Notes: generated by a model not told the origin, from the sequence alone. Counted from the stretch's first letter, positions 52,387-60,261 are shown. The stretch: 64,000 nt of DNA from a virus (IMGVR_UViG_2778261223_000007:12132-76131), one strand, 5' to 3'. Numbers and translations: made by a program.

Positions 52387-53382
52387 TCAGTTATTAAACG
52401 TGATCACTCCGCGCTCGATGGCGAAGTCGAAAAGCTGGTTAGCGGCTACATAAAGTCGTATGCCATGTGCTTTTTCCCATGCCCGGACATCGTTTTCTGC
52501 GCTTCTGGCGCAGTCATCGCAAAGAGGAACAGCCCAGCGGTCGTGTTCGTTTAACGAGCGGACGCGGTACATGAACGGGTGGTTAACTTTGCCACCGCAT
52601 CCGATGCACGGACGAGAAACCACAAACCGGAGATAAGCTGGGCTTTTACCGAGGACCACTTTTGGTCGGCGCATATAAAGCAGGCCGGAATCCTCATCTA
52701 CAGACAGGTTGACGATCTGCTCTGCGGTTATGTCCACCAGCTCGCGGGTACTGTGCTCCCAAGTGATATCTGATTCTTTCAGCGTACCGGTAGGGATTTC
52801 AGTTTTTGGCTGACAAAATGCAATGCGACCGGCTTCATCTGGCAGCTCATCTTTCAGATTCCGGCGAATGGCCCAAAAAGTGAGTTCAACCATGCTCAGA
52901 TCGCGTTCTGGCGGTAGTTTTAACTCGCTCGCAGCCCAGTTCATAACCCAGTTGGCGCGATTCAGGGATAACTGGTCGTCCAGCTTGCTGTACCCCTTCA
53001 TCATGTATTCCGCATCATGCTTCCAGCACAGGCGAACGGCAGAGCCGTTATAGAAATGAGTGGTTAGCTGGTGGCTACAATCGCGCTTATCGTGCGCCTG
53101 GCAATCGTGGATATTGGAACTTACCCAATGAACAAGCGAATCTTCACCGCCTAACGCGTTAAATACGCGCTCGCTTTGAAAAAACGGTTTCAGAGACTGG
53201 TTGGCAACCAGCGAATAATTCAGATCCACTACGCCATCTGGCGTGTTTTCAGCCTGTTCACGCGGAAGTGGGGAGATAATGAAACGGCGACCTGCGCCAA
53301 TGTAGTTACTGGTGGGCTTGTCTACCGGAAAGACAGCCACACCAGCTCCGTTTACGAAATGAGGTGTGATTATTGCACTCAT
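52387..53382 (-). CDS. DUF968-like protein with an HNH-type Cys/His cluster
   Basis: 331 aa. C-terminal CIGCGGKVNHP...WAVPLCDDCA. First gene after the operator pair at 53423. Confidence 0.35.
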   Translation of the reverse strand: MSAIITPHFVNGAGVAVFPVDKPTSNYIGAGRRFIISPLPREQAENTPDGVVDLNYSLVANQSLKPFFQSERVFNALGGEDSLVHWVSSNIHDCQAHDKRDCSHQLTTHFYNGSAVRLCWKHDAEYMMKGYSKLDDQLSLNRANWVMNWAASELKLPPERDLSMVELTFWAIRRNLKDELPDEAGRIAFCQPKTEIPTGTLKESDITWEHSTRELVDITAEQIVNLSVDEDSGLLYMRRPKVVLGKSPAYLRFVVSRPCIGCGGKVNHPFMYRVRSLNEHDRWAVPLCDDCARSAENDVRAWEKAHGIRLYVAANQLFDFAIERGVITFNN

Positions 53383-53422
53383 AATGTATACCGACTCTGT
53401 TTTGTTCCGAGCGGTAAAATAA

Positions 53423-53456
53423 TGTGTTAGAAAACTAAAATCAATGTTCTAACGTA
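53423..53456. promoter_or_regulatory. inverted operator-like pair TGTGTTAGAAAACTAAAAT / AATGTTCTAACGTA
   Basis: Left half has the exact core and the right half is near-exact. Overlaps a leftward TTGATT-17 nt-TATTTT promoter. Confidence 0.55.
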
Positions 53457-53480
53457 ATTTTGAGTGCGTAAATGATTTGA

Positions 53481-54173
53481 TCAGACTTTAAGCTGCCCTC
53501 CCTTCACCTGCATTAGCGTCAGATTTCCGCAAAAAACCGCGCCCGTGTCTATGTAGTGCTGATTCCAGTATGCTTTTGGTCTTCGTACCGGTGTGTGCCC
53601 AAAGATAAAGCGATCTGCGCCTGTGATTTCTCCACCAATGCCATCTATCGAATCACCGACGCGACTGCGCGACCAGACAACATCAAAAAGCGACACATCC
53701 TTACCGAACTGGTACTCTCCACCTGGATAGTCGGCATGGGCTATAACGATAGTTTCATGCCCGGTGTTCAACTCAATGATATATGGCAGACGCTTTACCA
53801 GCTCCACCAGCGCCCAGGCTAATATTTCCTGATCAGTGTCCAGCATGAAGAACCATTGTCCGCCATTCATTAGCCAGTTATTCACGTTGCCATCAGGACT
53901 TAACGCATCAAGCATCAACCGCTCATGGTTCCCCATTACTGCCCTGAACCAGGGCATCTGCAATAGTTCCAGACATTCGACATTTTCAGTACCGCGATCG
54001 ATAAGGTCGCCAACAGATATCAGTAAATCCTGCGCCGGGTCAAAATCCACACGATGGAGTTCGGACATCAGTCTGGTGTAGCAACCATGCAGATCACCAA
54101 CAACCCATATGTTTCTGTAGCCAGAACCATCAATACGGCTATATAAATTCACTTCATGCATAGTCTGGATCAT
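53481..54173 (-). CDS. pap: Ser/Thr protein phosphatase (lambda PPase-like metallophosphoesterase)
   Basis: GDLHG, GDLIDRG and GNHE motifs. ATG 54173 follows GGGAGAAGG and overlaps the upstream stop (the ORF track starts at 54203). Confidence 0.85.
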   Translation of the reverse strand: MIQTMHEVNLYSRIDGSGYRNIWVVGDLHGCYTRLMSELHRVDFDPAQDLLISVGDLIDRGTENVECLELLQMPWFRAVMGNHERLMLDALSPDGNVNNWLMNGGQWFFMLDTDQEILAWALVELVKRLPYIIELNTGHETIVIAHADYPGGEYQFGKDVSLFDVVWSRSRVGDSIDGIGGEITGADRFIFGHTPVRRPKAYWNQHYIDTGAVFCGNLTLMQVKGGQLKV

Positions 54174-54481
54174 GCGGCAACCTTCTCCCGCAGCCAGATA
54201 CAAACTGGACCATCTTCAGTGTCATGAATAGAGCCAACAAACCAGCCTTCACCCTCTGGTCGCTCCGGTTCCCAGGCGGCAATATCGGGACCAGCTGCGT
54301 CCAGATCAAAATCATCTTCATCCATACTGCGAATAGTCCACTGAAGATTATTTTCCTTCATCCAGGCGTCAAATTCCTCAGTGGAAATATATTCACGACC
54401 TGCGCAAAACTTCTCATACTCCGGATGTGTCCAGCAGCCATATTCATCACGTTCTACCGGCATTTCTTTAATGATGCTCAC
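54170..54481 (-). CDS. acidic hypothetical protein
   Basis: 103 aa within the overlapping gene chain. Confidence 0.45.
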   Translation of the reverse strand: MSIIKEMPVERDEYGCWTHPEYEKFCAGREYISTEEFDAWMKENNLQWTIRSMDEDDFDLDAAGPDIAAWEPERPEGEGWFVGSIHDTEDGPVCIWLREKVAA

Positions 54482-54702
54482 TCTTCATCCTCCAAGTCGG
54501 CAACGGCCTCCATCACATCAGAACCGCGAATAACCGCAAAAGCACGGCAGGCCATTTCAAACACCTGTTGTTCTTGCGGATGCGGTGACTCCCAATACTT
54601 AAAACCAGGTCGATGCTCGTAACCCATCATGGAATAAAAATCGCCAGCAAGTTCAATCGCGGCATCAACAAGTTCGCGATTTGTCATCGTCTGTTCTGTC
54701 AT
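54478..54702 (-). CDS. hypothetical protein
   Basis: 74 aa within the overlapping gene chain. Confidence 0.4.
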   Translation of the reverse strand: MTEQTMTNRELVDAAIELAGDFYSMMGYEHRPGFKYWESPHPQEQQVFEMACRAFAVIRGSDVMEAVADLEDEE

Positions 54703-54973
54703 TTGGTTTCTCCTGTCTGAACATCACTATCATCAGGTCGCCTTTTATCGCTATTCTGGCTGTTGTGCCTGGTTCAATGCGGCTAAGTTCAAATGCGTCA
54801 TAGAACGCTTCTAATGCCTTCTGGCGTAGTTCCTGTTTGCGCCGTTTTTTCCACTCTTTTAGGAAAATGGAACCCAGCCATCGCCAGGTACGGGACATGA
54901 TGTAAAGCCAACCGAGAAGTGCCAGACCGGTATTTAGGGCCGTATCGATCGTTATCGTGGTGTCGATATTCAC
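54665..54973 (-). CDS. membrane protein
   Basis: 102 aa with TM helix GLALLGWLYIM; GTGA overlap with the upstream gene. Confidence 0.4.
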   Translation of the reverse strand: MNIDTTITIDTALNTGLALLGWLYIMSRTWRWLGSIFLKEWKKRRKQELRQKALEAFYDAFELSRIEPGTTARIAIKGDLMIVMFRQEKPNDRTDDDKSRTC

Positions 54974-55218
54974 TGTGGTGGCTCCTGCTTTTCTGCCTTT
55001 AATACCATGCGAGAACCATCATCCAGCTCCCAATTAATTTCACCGCCTTCAGCCATGACTAGATGCCAAACGAGTTGTGCGGCCTCGTTGGTTACATCAC
55101 GACCGCGATCATTGCCGACACGACGTTTTGTTCCATCCCCTAAGTCACGCATTTTTGCCAACACGATGGTTTTTGATAGCGGTGAAAAACCAAGCTGTAG
55201 TCGTGCGGTATTACTCAC
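54970..55218 (-). CDS. hypothetical protein
   Basis: 82 aa from GTG 55218, 6 nt after GGAGG (the ORF track starts at 55251). Confidence 0.4.
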   Translation of the reverse strand: MSNTARLQLGFSPLSKTIVLAKMRDLGDGTKRRVGNDRGRDVTNEAAQLVWHLVMAEGGEINWELDDGSRMVLKAEKQEPPQ

Positions 55219-55703
55219 TGTTTGCCTCCTTTGCGAAGCTGTTCCGCCCATTCTTCAAGGGATTTCTCCGCATATTCACCGGACAGGCCATCAATCGGGT
55301 GCGGTTCATTAGCCAACTCTTCTTTCGCTGACAGAATCATGCGCGTAACGTCGAAAACTTCACGTAAAGACTTATTGATAAATCCGTGGTTGAAAGCAGC
55401 AGCAAGACGGCTTGCGGTATAGTTAATCCCCTCGTTGCGAGCCGCCGCACGAATTTCAGCCAGAAAAGCATCGGTGGCTGGAGTTTCGCTGTGGTGCAGG
55501 GCATCGTTGATAATCATTGCAGCAACTCCGGCCTGACCTGCATCCGTGACCGACACATGCTCAAGAGTTACAGCCATTGCATGTTTCAGCCCAGCATTCT
55601 CCGCCGCCAGCGCAGCACACGCTTTCTCAAGTCGGGAAATTTCCGTTACATACTCAGCGTTACGCTCTGCCAGTTGTGCGGGCGTTAAACCTTCAGACTT
55701 CAT
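55215..55703 (-). CDS. hypothetical early protein
   Basis: 162 aa, helical. Confidence 0.45.
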   Translation of the reverse strand: MKSEGLTPAQLAERNAEYVTEISRLEKACAALAAENAGLKHAMAVTLEHVSVTDAGQAGVAAMIINDALHHSETPATDAFLAEIRAAARNEGINYTASRLAAAFNHGFINKSLREVFDVTRMILSAKEELANEPHPIDGLSGEYAEKSLEEWAEQLRKGGKQ

Positions 55704-56010
55704 ACACTCTCCTTTCGAAATAAACGTACTGATTAATCATGCCTAGGGGCATTTCGAGTTTTTCCGCGATCTCACGGCGGGGAACACCACACCGATGAAG
55801 CTGCCGTGCCAGTTCTATATCGCCCTGCCGGTATTTGGCTGACGGGTGAAAGTCTCCTTTCAGAATCATGCAGATCCGCAGTTGCCGCGCTTTGGTTCTG
55901 ACAGCACTACCGGTACGCCCGATCAGCCTCCCAATACTCTCGACTGTCATAGTCCCGGCGCACTGGCGGAGTATCATGATTTCTGCCCTTCCCCATCCCC
56001 GCCAGCTCAC
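55693..56010 (-). CDS. HTH protein
   Basis: 105 aa with two HTH-like segments (VESIGRLIGRTGSAVRTKARQL; REIAEKLEMPLGMINQYV). Confidence 0.45.
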   Translation of the reverse strand: MSWRGWGRAEIMILRQCAGTMTVESIGRLIGRTGSAVRTKARQLRICMILKGDFHPSAKYRQGDIELARQLHRCGVPRREIAEKLEMPLGMINQYVYFERRVYEV

Positions 56011-56618
56011 GCAGAACTCCTTCTAACCAAAAGCACGCCATCTTCAGAAACAACGTTGCAGGACTTCAGGTAATTCATTGCCTCTTTCGGTAATGGATTC
56101 TTTGGATCGGCGTTTGCCAGGGATTTCGATAACCTCATGATAAATTTGATCATTACCTTCTGGCGGAGCTTGTGCTCATGAGATAAAGACAGGTAATAGG
56201 AAATGGTATGGGCTAAACGCTCACGAAGCTGTTCTGTGCCGTGATATACAGCAGCGATATCACACAGTGCATTGACCAGTTCCCGGTAAATATGCGGAGC
56301 AACCTGGCATTCAATGTTGGTTGGTGACTCATAAATTACAGTCAGCCCCAGCTTTTCAGCCAGCGCGTGCTCTGCACGAGCACCAATCGATTCCTCCCAT
56401 CGATTGAGCAAGTAGATCGCATCAGCAGAACGCACCATTGCCAGGCAAATATCCATGTATTCACTCTGACAAAGGCCACCAGGTAACACAGCTGGATTCA
56501 GAACGATATGCCCTTCAGCCATCAGCTCGCTCGCTTTCGCATTAAACGCAGCACGGTTGTAATCTGGATAACCAGTCATCGGCCCCGCGATGTAAATTTT
56601 CAAAACACGTTTCACCAT
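56007..56618 (-). CDS. DUF4406 (nucleoside 2-deoxyribosyltransferase-like) domain fused to an Ea22-type C-terminal segment
   Basis: KIYIAGPMTGYPDYNRAAFN...NPA...LLNRWEESIGARAEHALAEKLGL is the DUF4406 pattern. ATG 56618 overlaps the upstream stop (the ORF track starts at 56645). Confidence 0.65.
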   Translation of the reverse strand: MVKRVLKIYIAGPMTGYPDYNRAAFNAKASELMAEGHIVLNPAVLPGGLCQSEYMDICLAMVRSADAIYLLNRWEESIGARAEHALAEKLGLTVIYESPTNIECQVAPHIYRELVNALCDIAAVYHGTEQLRERLAHTISYYLSLSHEHKLRQKVMIKFIMRLSKSLANADPKNPLPKEAMNYLKSCNVVSEDGVLLVRRSSA

Positions 56619-56770
56619 CAAAATTTCCCCAAAATCGTGACGCAAAACATAAGCACTGCGAAAAGCTCAATACCAAGCTCAAGTAGCGCCAACGCCCCGA
56701 AAAACAACACATAGAACAGGCCAATCTCATTCACAGATGGCTGGTGGATCGCACTTAAAGCTATAAGCAT
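56618..56770 (-). CDS. 50-aa hydrophobic peptide, first ORF of the leftward early operon
   Basis: MLIALSAIHQPSVNEIGLFYVLFFGALALLELGIELFAVLMFCVTILGKF. GGAGGA SD upstream. Below the ORF-track cutoff. Confidence 0.4.
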   Translation of the reverse strand: MLIALSAIHQPSVNEIGLFYVLFFGALALLELGIELFAVLMFCVTILGKF

Positions 56771-56810
56771 CATGTCCTCCAAACAGTTATCAGGAATGAT
56801 ATTAATGTTT

Positions 56811-56843
56811 TGTGTTAGAAAATCAATTTTGAATATCTAATCA
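56811..56843. promoter_or_regulatory. bipartite operator-like pair TGTGTTAGAAAATCAATTTT / GAATATCTAATCA between divergent operons
   Basis: Left half has the exact core and the right half is a TCTAATC variant. P1 ref is likewise controlled by a bipartite C1 operator. Confidence 0.55.
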
Positions 56844-56890
56844 TTTTGATCAATCATAGAAAAATCGCTGAAAAGTAAGAGGCAGCCATC

Positions 56891-57469
56891 ATGCAGAAAC
56901 AGAGCTATTGGGAGAAACAGAGACAAAAAGCCATGCAAAAATTGGCTGACCCAGCCTGGCGAGAGGAACAAAGGGCAAAGTGCCTTCAACAAGCTCAACG
57001 CCAGCAGCAGCGAGCGAGAGAAAAAGCCGCATCGCCTGAATATCGGCAAAAGAAAATTGAAAAAGCAAAGCAATATGAACAGCGGAGAAAAGATAAAGCT
57101 GTATCCGCTCCGTCCAAAAAAACACGCACGTCACGCGGCCTGAAAGGCAGATCACTCACAGCCGATGAACGCCGGATACAGACCGCTATCGGTGCTCTCC
57201 CCTGCATTGCCTGCCATATTCACGGGCAACATAGCCCAGTGGTATCCCTGCACCATATCTTCGGGAGAACGGCAGAGAACGCGCATAAATATGTCCTCCC
57301 TTTGTGTAAATGGCACCACCAGTACGCAGCGCCAGCCGAGGTCCGAGAACAATATCCCTGGCTGGTCCCTGTTCATGCTGACGGAAAAATAGGCGGAAAA
57401 GCAGATTTCATGCGGCACAATGCCGATGAAATGACGTTGTATCAGATGGCGATTGAATTGATAAATTAG
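56891..57469 (+). CDS. ref: Ref, RecA-dependent HNH endonuclease
   Basis: 192 aa. ADPAWREEQ..SRGLKGRSLTADERRIQTAIGALPCIACHIHG..VSLHHI..LPLCKWHHQYAAPAEVREQYPWLVPVHADG closely parallels P1 Ref from memory. Confidence 0.85.
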   Translation: MQKQSYWEKQRQKAMQKLADPAWREEQRAKCLQQAQRQQQRAREKAASPEYRQKKIEKAKQYEQRRKDKAVSAPSKKTRTSRGLKGRSLTADERRIQTAIGALPCIACHIHGQHSPVVSLHHIFGRTAENAHKYVLPLCKWHHQYAAPAEVREQYPWLVPVHADGKIGGKADFMRHNADEMTLYQMAIELIN

Positions 57470-57480
57470 TTTTCTAACAT
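57463..57480 (+). promoter_or_regulatory. operator-like site AAATTAGTTTTCTAACAT, followed by promoter TTGAAT..TACATT
   Basis: Exact core overlapping the ref stop; heads the second immunity-I-like module. Confidence 0.6.
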
Positions 57481-57714
57481 TTTAAGTTGAATTGTAAATT
57501 TCTCCGATGTACATTCACTACCGATTGGCACACCGGTCAACTTTTTGAGACAAACTGTTTAGTTTTTCGTATTATTGCCGCCGCTATACCTATGGCGGTG
57601 CAATATAGGTGGCTGAAAAGCCCCCGTTGACTCACGGTGTTCCAGCCTTTATTGCGCCGCCACCAGACCGTGGAACAGTCGATGGCGGCTCCGAAAGCAA
57701 GGAGTCACTACACT

Positions 57715-57804
57715 ATGAACAGCTACTGTCTTTTCCCATCACTCGTTGTCCGCCACTCACGCGATAATCTGCATTCTTTACTCGCGCTGGGGGTGTCAAA
57801 ATGA
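57715..57804 (+). CDS. 29-codon leader ORF (weak call)
   Basis: AAGGAG SD upstream of the ATG; its stop overlaps the next ATG (ATGA). Confidence 0.25.
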   Translation: MNSYCLFPSLVVRHSRDNLHSLLALGVSK

Positions 57805-57968
57805 CCGTTCGTTACCTCAACTTTCAAATCCAGAACATCACTGGCGGTTGCTATGACTGGTTTGTCACTCTCGGAAAAGAAGTGATCACCGGGAAGCTGG
57901 ATGAAGTGAAAACTAAAGCAATGGCCTACGCCTGCAAGCAAGCCCGGAAGAAATCCGCCAAAGCATAA
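57801..57968 (+). CDS. 55-aa basic protein
   Basis: MTVRYLNFQIQNITGGCYDWFVTLGKEVITGKLDEVKTKAMAYACKQARKKSAKA. Translationally coupled to the leader ORF. Below the ORF-track cutoff. Confidence 0.4.
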   Translation: MTVRYLNFQIQNITGGCYDWFVTLGKEVITGKLDEVKTKAMAYACKQARKKSAKA

Positions 57969-58073
57969 AATACTGACTGTTGCGCCCTGGCATTATCGTG
58001 GGGTATATTTCTACGGCACCTTAGAAAAACGGGTGCCGGGATTGGAACCCCGGATAATGTCAAAGGCGACACA

Positions 58074-58094
58074 GACGCCGAAAGCGTCTTTTTT
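58074..58094 (+). terminator. intrinsic terminator
   Basis: GACGC-CGAAA-GCGTC followed by T6. Confidence 0.65.
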
Positions 58095-58109
58095 GTGTCA
58101 TGCCATCGC

Positions 58110-58275
58110 ACAGCCATACGTAGCGTTTAGCTCAGAGATCAATGGTAGTGCTGGCTGGGCTGCCGAAAGGCAGGCCGGTTCCCTTTGACGCCGGTAGTTC
58201 CAACCCAGTCAGTGCTACCGCCATTGAGATTGGAACCTCACGCGGTAGCTCCTTAACTTAGTCAAAGGAGGCTGC
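58110..58275 (+). ncRNA. candidate c4-type RNA region with tRNA-like 5' sequence
   Basis: GCGTTTAGCTCAGAG (tRNA D-arm-like), a CTGCC-GAAA-GGCAG hairpin, and CTCCTT..AAGGAG pairing that sequesters the icd SD. Boundaries unknown. Confidence 0.25.
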
Positions 58276-58279
58276 CAAT

Positions 58280-58495
58280 ATGGCTACTATCCCTACCCCA
58301 ACTCATTCTGAATTTATCTGGCGTTTCTATTCCTGCCAAAAACACCTGTATATCTGCGTCATGGCTGCTACCGAAGCAGAGGCGCGCTCATACCTTCCCG
58401 AAGAACCCTGCATTTTTGCTGCTCGCTTCACTCTTGATGCGATGGAGATCCTCAATTACTGGAATCTGCCGATGAACTGCGTGGAGGCGCACTGA
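58280..58495 (+). CDS. icd: Icd-like cell-division inhibitor, second copy
   Basis: 71 aa. SEFIWRFYSCQKH..AATEAEARSYLP; the stop overlaps the ant start. Confidence 0.65.
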   Translation: MATIPTPTHSEFIWRFYSCQKHLYICVMAATEAEARSYLPEEPCIFAARFTLDAMEILNYWNLPMNCVEAH

Positions 58496-59421
58496 TGAAT
58501 CTGTCCATCTCTCAAAAAGCGACAATGACCAGCATTGAGATCGCGGAACTGGTAGGTAAGCGCCCTGATAACGTTAAACGCACCATTGAACACCTGGCGG
58601 AACGGGGCGTAATATCTTTTCCTCAAATTGAGGAAAAGCCCACCGCAGGCCGCCCGGCGAGCTATTACGTCTTTGAAGGCGAACAAGGCAAGCGTGACAG
58701 TATCATTGTCGTCGCACAGCTTTCTCCCGAATTTACCGCCCGGCTGGTGGACCGCTGGCGCGAACTGGAGAATGCCCGGGTACAGTTAAAATCAAAAGCC
58801 GAAATCCTGGCTGAAATGGCGCAAATGCATCTTGAGCATGAACGCCGGATCAACGCCGTTAATGCCCAGGTAGCCGAAGTATCGGCACAAGTGTCCAAAG
58901 TCGCTGAAACCGTCGAGCAAATCAAGAAAGGCAATATTCCGGAAGGCTACATTGGCTACCGCCAGCTGGCGGCGAAATGTGGCCTGACTGAAGCCAAATG
59001 CCGAAACCTGGTTAACGCTTACCGGATTCCCACCGATACGCATGAGTTTTTAACTCCCGATGGTTTGCTTGCGCAACGCTCCATTGTGGCCCTGGCCCCC
59101 TTCCGGAAAGCCTTTAAGCAGGTGATGTCGGAGGCAGAACCACGCAATAAACGCTGGTATCATCCAAAGATGGGGATGTTTCAGGCAATCCACCATCCTG
59201 TGCCTGAAAGTCCAAAGGCAAACCTGTCGTTGCATACCGCCAGAGAGAGGATTAAAACAGGCTATGCAATCGTATGCCGTCGAGCATCCTGGCCTGAAGG
59301 TGTATGGGTGTGGCCCGAAGGTGGATCACGAAAGCACTGGCGCACTATCCGGGATGGGAAAATCCATGCGATTGATTTAGCTCCAGAGGATGTTGTTGCT
59401 ACGGACTGGATTGTTAGTTAA
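58495..59421 (+). CDS. ant: antirepressor, second copy, with a fused C-terminal DUF2829-like domain
   Basis: 308 aa. Rha signature MTSIEIAELVGKRPDNVKRTIE; C-terminus CRRASWPEGVW...DVVATDWIVS. Confidence 0.75.
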   Translation: MNLSISQKATMTSIEIAELVGKRPDNVKRTIEHLAERGVISFPQIEEKPTAGRPASYYVFEGEQGKRDSIIVVAQLSPEFTARLVDRWRELENARVQLKSKAEILAEMAQMHLEHERRINAVNAQVAEVSAQVSKVAETVEQIKKGNIPEGYIGYRQLAAKCGLTEAKCRNLVNAYRIPTDTHEFLTPDGLLAQRSIVALAPFRKAFKQVMSEAEPRNKRWYHPKMGMFQAIHHPVPESPKANLSLHTARERIKTGYAIVCRRASWPEGVWVWPEGGSRKHWRTIRDGKIHAIDLAPEDVVATDWIVS

Positions 59422-59429
59422 TTACTGTT

Positions 59430-59451
59430 GCCCCGGCCTGTCCGGGGCTTT
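59430..59451 (+). terminator. terminator hairpin
   Basis: GCCCCGG-CCTGT-CCGGGGC followed by TTTA. Sequence-related to the terminator at 23224. Confidence 0.6.
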
Positions 59452-59480
59452 AACTACTAAATAACCGGATTCTCCGCACG

Positions 59481-59765
59481 ATGAAGAAAATAGATTTCAC
59501 TTACTCTGCTGCCACAATCCAGCGACGTTTCAGTCTCATAAGGGAAGTGGAACTATCAAAAAACTGCTATCAAATTCTACTGGATGAAGAGTTTTCACTG
59601 ATGGTTATAGCAGAAAAATTGGCTATGCCGAATGACCGGCACAAGGTCATAGCCAGCCTGGATCTGGTGACAAACAGATACTGGGAATACGAGGAACTAC
59701 TTGAAGTTGGCTTGATACGCGAGATGATAGAACAGGCTGTTCCCCTCCACTTACAGCAACCATAA
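59481..59765 (+). CDS. hypothetical protein (AT-rich island)
   Basis: 94 aa with no motif recognised. Confidence 0.45.
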   Translation: MKKIDFTYSAATIQRRFSLIREVELSKNCYQILLDEEFSLMVIAEKLAMPNDRHKVIASLDLVTNRYWEYEELLEVGLIREMIEQAVPLHLQQP

Positions 59766-59901
59766 TTGAAAGATCTTAACGATAGTCTGCCACGAATAGT
59801 TACTTCCACTGCCTAAAGTTATTTAATTGCATTACAAAGTGTAAATTAGTAACATTAGAATCTCACACAGCACTATAACTATATGTTTTTTATGTAAAAG
59901 G

Positions 59902-60261
59902 ATGATAATCGTGGCTACTAAAATTAAACTTGAAAACCCTCAAACTGGCGAATCAATCACCGGTTTTTATGGTTTTTCCTGGACTACATTCTTGTTTGGT
60001 GCTTTTCCAGCTTTGTTCAGGAAAGACTTTATAACTTTTATTGGGGTATTTGTAGTGATGCTGATACTGGCATTCCTCACAGCCGGAATTGGCCCGTGGA
60101 TTGCCTCATTTATCTGGGCGTTCATGTATAATAAATATTTCACCGTAAATAAGATAAAACAAGGCTTCATTTTTGCTGGTTCTCACACAGAAAATGAGTT
60201 GGCTGCTAGCAAGCTAGGATTGTCATTAAATCAAAACAACTGCAAAACTATTACCGAGTAA
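59902..60261 (+). CDS. two-TM membrane protein, DUF2628-like (alternative GTG start 59911)
   Basis: GFYGFSWTTFLFGAFPALFRKDF...FLTAGIGPWIASFIWAFMY. Confidence 0.5.
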   Translation: MIIVATKIKLENPQTGESITGFYGFSWTTFLFGAFPALFRKDFITFIGVFVVMLILAFLTAGIGPWIASFIWAFMYNKYFTVNKIKQGFIFAGSHTENELAASKLGLSLNQNNCKTITE

